From assembly GCF_009914755.1 (NCBI RefSeq), contig NC_060925.1: a stretch of 64,000 bases of DNA; one strand, 5' to 3'. The position numbers were made by a program, and so were the translations under genes. The notes beneath the pieces were generated by a model. That model did not search any database. It saw only the letters and a list, made by a program, of their open reading frames with translations, and was not told the origin of the DNA. The DNA comes from the human T2T-CHM13v2.0 reference genome, Homo sapiens. Below, in pieces: positions 1 to 64,000 of this stretch. Each line of letters opens with the position of its first letter. Position 1 is the stretch's first letter.

Positions 1-447
1 AGCCTAATCTGCAGCAAGACCCTAACTCTCTTCAGTTTTATGAAGGCTGAGAGAGGTGATGAAGCTACAGAAAATTTAGAAGCCAGCAGAGGTTGGTTCG
101 TGAAGTTTAATGAAAGAAGTTTAAGAAGCCATCTCCATAACATAAAAGTGCAAGATGAAACAGCCAGTGCTGATGTAGAAGCTGCAGTAAGTTATCCAGA
201 AGATATAGCTAAGACAACGATGAAGGTGGCTCCTCTAAACAACAGATTTTCAATGTAGACAAAACAGCCTATATTAGAGGAAGATGCCAATCTAGGACTT
301 TCACAGCTAGAGAGAAGTCAATGTCTGGCTTCAGAGCTTCAAAGGACAGGTGTTAGGGGCTAATATAGTTGGTAACTTTAAGTTGAAGCTAATGCTCATT
401 TACCATTCCAAAAATCCTCAGGCCCTTAAGAATTATGTTGATTATTT

Positions 448-1363
<916 letters not shown>

Positions 1364-2262
1364 TCAGAAAAAAGTATTCCTTTAAAAATATTATTGCTCC
1401 TTGACAATGCACCTGGAGATGTACAAGGAGATTAATGTTGTTTGCATGGTTGCTAATACAGTATCCATTCTGCAGCCTGTGGATTGAGGAGTAATTTCGA
1501 CTTTCAAGTCTGATTATTTAAGAAATACATTTTGTAAAGCATGAGTTGCCATACATAGTGATTCCTCTGATGGATTTGGGCAAATTCAATTGAAAACCTG
1601 GATAAGATTCACCATTCTAAATGCCATTAAGAACATTTGTGATTCATGATGGGAGGAGGTCAAAATATTCATGCTAACAGGAGTTTGGAAGAAGTTGACT
1701 CCAACCCTCATGGATGACTTGGAGGGGCTCAAGACTTCAGTGGAGGAAGTAACTGCAGATGTGGTAGAAATAGCAAGAGAACTAGAATTAGAAGTGGAGC
1801 CTGAAGATGAAACTGAATTGCTGCAATTCATGATAAAAGTTGAATGGATGAGGAGTTGCTTATGGATGAGCAAAGAAAGCAGTTTCATGAGATGGAATCT
1901 ACTCTTGGTGAAGACGCTGTAAGCATTGTTGAAATGACAAGAAATGATTTAGAATATTCCATAAACTTGGTTGATAAAGCAGTGGCAGGATTTGAAGAAT
2001 TGACTCCAATTTTGAAAAAAAGTTCTACAGTGGGTTAAATGCTATCAAACAGCATTGCATGCTATTGAGAAATCTTTTGTCAAAGGATGTCAATCGATGT
2101 GGCAAACTTCACTGTTGTCTTATTTTAAGAAATTGCTACAGGCACCGCAACCTTCAGCAACCACCACCCTGATCAGTCAGCCGCCATCAACCTCAAAGCA
2201 AGGCGCTGCACCAGTGAAAAGATTATGACTCACTAAAGGCTCAGATGATAGTAACATTTTTA

Positions 2263-2643
<381 letters not shown>

Positions 2644-3249
2644 CTACAGTATAGTGTAAACGTAATTTTACAGGCACTGAGAAAAACAAAAGCGGTGTGA
2701 CTCACTTTAATGCCATATTAGCTTTATTGCAGTAGTCTGGAACCCAACCCTTAGAATTTTGGGGGTATGCCTTTACTCAAATGGGGCCCACCAGGGCAGA
2801 ACCATCAGGGTCTAGAGTAGGAGTCAGGTGATGACTTTGAATCCCAGGTTTGTAAGGAGTGTGATTCACCTTATTAACTCGTTAGAGGATTAACTGAGTC
2901 CCCAGAGACCTCCAGGAGGCTAAACAGATGGAGGTCGAGAATATAAACCTAGCACCACACCAACTAGATGGGTTTCTCTAGACGCCTTTCACCAGGTGCT
3001 CTCTCCTTACTGGACAGCGGGGTGGACTCTGGAGAGTGGACCTGCCCCCACCTGGATTCTCCCTAGTATCCTCCGACCGCCCACTACCCCACTCCCCCAG
3101 GCTCCGCCCCGATCCCCCAGGCCCAGTTCCAGGATGACTTTGGATTGCCCGCCCTCGCCCTATCCCTGTCCCCGCTCCCGTCCTAAGATCCACTCGTTTC
3201 CTTCGCCATGGCTCCGCTCAGGTCCTAGGTCACCCTAGCCCTTCTCTCT

Positions 3250-15810
<12,561 letters not shown>

Positions 15811-15902
15811 CCCCCTCCCACCTGCTTGCCTCTAAGACTCGGGGCTACAGAAGCACCTCCTGTCCCTGTGTGGGGTGACCTCCCTGGGGGAGATCTCAGA
15901 CC

Positions 15903-15908
15903 AATAAC
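15903..15908 (+). terminator. Candidate variant poly(A) signal AATAAC for LRRC71
   Basis: Only AATAA-like hexamer just after the stop; U/GU-rich sequence follows. Confidence 0.45.
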
Positions 15909-17352
15909 AAAGTCTGTTGCTATACTTTTCCTTGAGGTCGTCTGAAAACTTTCTTCCAGAACTACTTGGAACATTTAGATTTTGCGTCTGTCCATGTTAC
16001 ATGCCAGGAATGGCAGAAAAGTGGTCTGAATTACAGTTCCGCTGGGGATGATCTCAGCTCCTCTGGCCTCAGTTAGCCAGGGGCATTGCCGTTCTGCCTC
16101 CTGGGGGCTAGTTCTTCCTTGCTCAGGCAATAGCCATTCCCCCACCGTGTTCCCTAGGGGACATGCATTATGCCAGGGTTTGCATTCAGAAGGATTTGGG
16201 ATAGGGATTAGTAACTGACACACATAAGCTTGGGAGGGAGTGGGAGCAGGAGTAGGTGAAGCAGAGGAATTAAGCACAGGCTCCATGCCCGCTCCCTTCT
16301 GCTTCCCCGTCTGGCTGGCCCAGGTGTTTGACTGCTTTGGAGGAGAGGTAAGGGTTCAGCTTAAGAAAATGAACAAAGGCTTGGCAGGCCACTTTGGAGA
16401 GGGTGCTAAACGCTCAACATCTACATAGCAAAGGCTAAGCATTGAACATGAACCCTAATAACCTGCCTGCAGAAGTCAGCAATCTGAAACCAGAGGTTCC
16501 TGAGCTGAGTCAGGGTCCCCAAACCTTTACCCTTCAGTGCTGCCTCCATTGAGGTCACCTGCCAGTGCCCAGAGAGCACAGGACTGGCTTCGGGGAGCCT
16601 ACCTGTAAACCTATACAGCAGTGTCCAAGATGGCGCAGATCAGCAAAGACCAGCCTTTCTTCCTCACTTCTAAGCAGATTCAACCTGTTCCACATTCTCT
16701 AGTCCTACTTCCCTCATCCCACTGCCTCTGCCTACCTAGAATTCCCTTGTCCTGCTGTCTTACTTTGTGTGGCTCAGTGGCACCTAGGCCTGTCTCCTGC
16801 CTCTGAGTGCCTGGAGCCCTCCTAGTCTGACTGTCCCAGCTCTGTCTCTGCAGCTGGCTGTGGAGCCAGCTTCACCAGGGAAAACCTATCATTTCTTTGA
16901 ATTCCCAACACTGAACACATTGAGGTGCTGGATGATGGTCACCCCAGCTTCTGCAGGGAAACTTGCCATGTCCTCCAGAGCTTCAGTGACCCTTTCAGCC
17001 CATATCTTTATCCCACCCTTCATCACTAATGACTCCTGTATCAATTCTGATGCCCAAATAGACTGTACCCTAATGAGGACACAGCTGAGGATTGTGAGAG
17101 GTAGAGGAGTCAGGGTTGGGCTGGAAGAGACAGAATTTGTCACTTTAATCCAACACTGAATGCCAGGAGACAGAGGTGAATGGTTACAGTCTTGGTGATG
17201 TGGCTGCGTCTGTGGGAGGATGTGGATGGATGATGACAGTGATGAACTGGCCAGGCCTGAGGCAACCCTCCCACTTAGATTTGGCTTTTAAAGTCTTCAA
17301 GCTCATTGAGGGCAGCTCATGAGACCTCTTGACTCTGGGTCCACTGCTCCTT

Positions 17353-17447
17353 TATATACACATATATGTGTATATATATGTGTGTGTGTGTGTATATCTA
17401 TATATGTGTGTATATATATGTATCTATATATATATCTGTGTGTGTGT
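17353..17447. repeat. (TA/TG)n microsatellite
   Basis: Mixed alternating purine-pyrimidine run. Confidence 0.9.
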
Positions 17448-17679
17448 AACTGAGTTCAGTGTCTTGTCATGTTTTCTCCATGGGGGTTGTACAACTTAAG
17501 TTTGCCCAGTCCCTAGTTCAGTGAGTGCACAGCTGAAGCTCTGGGAGGGAACAGGCAAGATCTGGGTCTGGGGGTGAGAGGGCTCCCTCTGGTTCCCACT
17601 ATCCAATCCTAACCAGTCTTACAGGGAACAAACACCGTACCTTTTATCACAGCGATTCCAAGAAACACACACACCACCA

Positions 17680-18840
17680 CTGAAGGATATTTAACTTTTC
17701 TTAAAAAAAAAATCTTAACCATGAAAGGAAGAAAATAAAAGAGTATACATTATCTTAACAGCAGAACAGTCATTTCCATATCTATATTTTATATATTATA
17801 TATATATTTATATATATATATATGTATATATACACCTAGCACAGTGTGTATATTCTATTCATCAGGGAGAGTTGGGTGAGGACGTGGTGATGGGGCCAAT
17901 GCTGCGGTGGCCCCTTGGATGGTCCTGGGTGAATTCAGGGACTCGGCATTCAGACCCCTGTCCCCACCTCCTGGGGCCCAGTCCTCAGCTCCGTACCTGC
18001 TTCACTGGTTTTCTACAGGGACAGGGTGGGGAAGAGGGGGACATAGGTGGGGTAAGAAACCCCCATGATCCCCATCTTGTGAAGATGAGAAGTCCAGGGA
18101 GGGAGGGAGTAGCTTGGCAGCAAGCTGTGGAGGGCAGGCTCTGGAGCCAGGTGGGATGGGGAGCCAGAAGACCTTCCCACTCACAGGGACAGGAACACTC
18201 AGGCCTGGCTCCCGCTTTAGGCTCGATCCTGGAACTGGGTTGTTAACTAAGGAGATACAAGTGAAACCCCTCTTCCCTAAGCAGCTCCTTCCATAACTGC
18301 CTCCAGCACTTCAGGAACAGGAACAAAAAAGGTCAAAGTTATTTACAATAGCAAAGATGCACATACGATACATACATATTTATAGGAAACCAAAGTGACA
18401 AAGAGGGGAGGGGAGGCACCCACCTCTGCCTGGGGTCTTATGGAGAAAGAGGGGAGGAAGAAAGTGCATTTACACAGAAGCCTCCTCCTTTCACTTGCAT
18501 GTCTGAGGGCAGCGCACATACAGGCGTGCGCGTGTACACACATATGTGGGGTGAGGGCAGACCATGGTGAGTGGGGGCCTTTCGGATGCAGTCAGCATGC
18601 TTAGGAGACATGAGGCCTTGGAGGGTTGGGCTAAGGGAGGGAAAAGACACTGAAACCTGACTCCGACTTGAGCAGACCAAGCAACATGCGGGTCTCCCCC
18701 CGGGCCTTGGCTGGATCCTAGTTTCCCTAACTGCCTCCTCCACAGGGAGGAGTGTTGGGATCCCCCCTACCCTGTGCCCCGGTCTCAGGCCAGTCCCTGA
18801 AGGAGGAGTGGGGACGCAGAGGATTTGGTGGTTTGTACGG
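17680..18840 (-). other. ARHGEF11: ARHGEF11 3' UTR (end approximate)
   Basis: Follows the stop codon; AT-rich end with (TA)n and only variant poly(A) hexamers (e.g. AAGAAA) near 17700. Confidence 0.6.
17778..17834. repeat. (TA)n in ARHGEF11 3' UTR
   Basis: Imperfect TA run. Confidence 0.88.
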
Positions 18841-63326
<44,486 letters not shown>

Positions 63327-63877
63327 CTGTAAGGAGAAGGCCTGGTCAGCAGTGCCCAACAACCTCTTCCACTGAAGCTACACGAAGGTCCCTGTCAGAT
63401 CACCTCTCCTCTGAAATTTCCTCTTATTTCTCTGTGTTAAGTATCTCAAATTCTGGGTGTACTTCCTATTCTACTCCAGTGACACAACTACTTTTAAGCT
63501 AGAGTGAACTATATAAGGTCCCATCTCCTGCTCTTCCTTTCACCTAAATAAGATGCCAGACTTCTGATAGCCAGGCCAAGGCAGGAGCGAGGCAGGGCCA
63601 GGCTCTGGGAAGAGCACGTGTGCTTCATTCGAGTGTATCTGGATATGTTCCAAGGTCAAATCAGTTATATTCCGGGGGGGGGGGGGGAAATGAGTTTACT
63701 GTATGAAACATAATTGTTAAAATAATAATTAAGAGAAATTCAGAGAAAAGGATTAAAACAAGAGTTTCCTAAGTCCTGAGAGGTTCATAAAGATATTCTC
63801 GGTATTCACATCATTAAAGACAACTGTTTTCTTTCTTTTAAAAAAACTGTTTTAAGCCATTTACAGTTTCTCCCCTC

Positions 63878-64000
63878 CTTTTTTTTTATAGACAGCCTTG
63901 CCCTGTAGCCCAAGCTGGAGTGCAGAGGCGTGATCTCAGCTCACTACAGACTGGATCTTCTGGGTTCAAGTGATCCTCCCAACTCAACCCTCCCAAGTAG
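63878..64000 (-). mobile_element. Alu, truncated by the window end
   Basis: T tail followed by antisense right arm. Confidence 0.85.

Overview
Human (primate) genomic DNA from the chr1q23.1 LRRC71/ARHGEF11 locus, recognised from the translated exons. It holds two convergent protein-coding genes. LRRC71 is complete on the + strand: 15 coding exons, 3650-15810, all GT-AG, 1680 nt = 559 aa + stop, with a CpG-island promoter. ARHGEF11 (PDZ-RhoGEF) is on the - strand: 38 coding exons, numbered 4-41 by inference, 63326 down to the stop at 18841, all phase-consistent; exons 1-3 lie beyond the window. MIR765 sits in the last ARHGEF11 intron. The rest is typical repeat content: a Tigger1 fossil with nested Alus, about 19 Alus, MER5A, MER20, an MLT1-type LTR, L1/L2/MIR fragments and microsatellites. 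Most ORF-track entries are spurious. I cannot show a wholly new biological system here. The strongest unexplained signals are: (i) the MIR765 hairpin has a box C/C'/D layout at the canonical intronic snoRNA position; (ii) an Alu insertion duplicated the exon-19 splice donor; (iii) a candidate 45-nt in-frame ARHGEF11 exon has its donor buried in a hairpin; (iv) LRRC71 has a frame-compensating 55+17-nt cassette; (v) a ~73-bp non-Alu direct repeat occurs 5 kb apart; (vi) a CpG-rich nested palindrome. Coordinates were counted by hand, and repeat boundaries are approximate.
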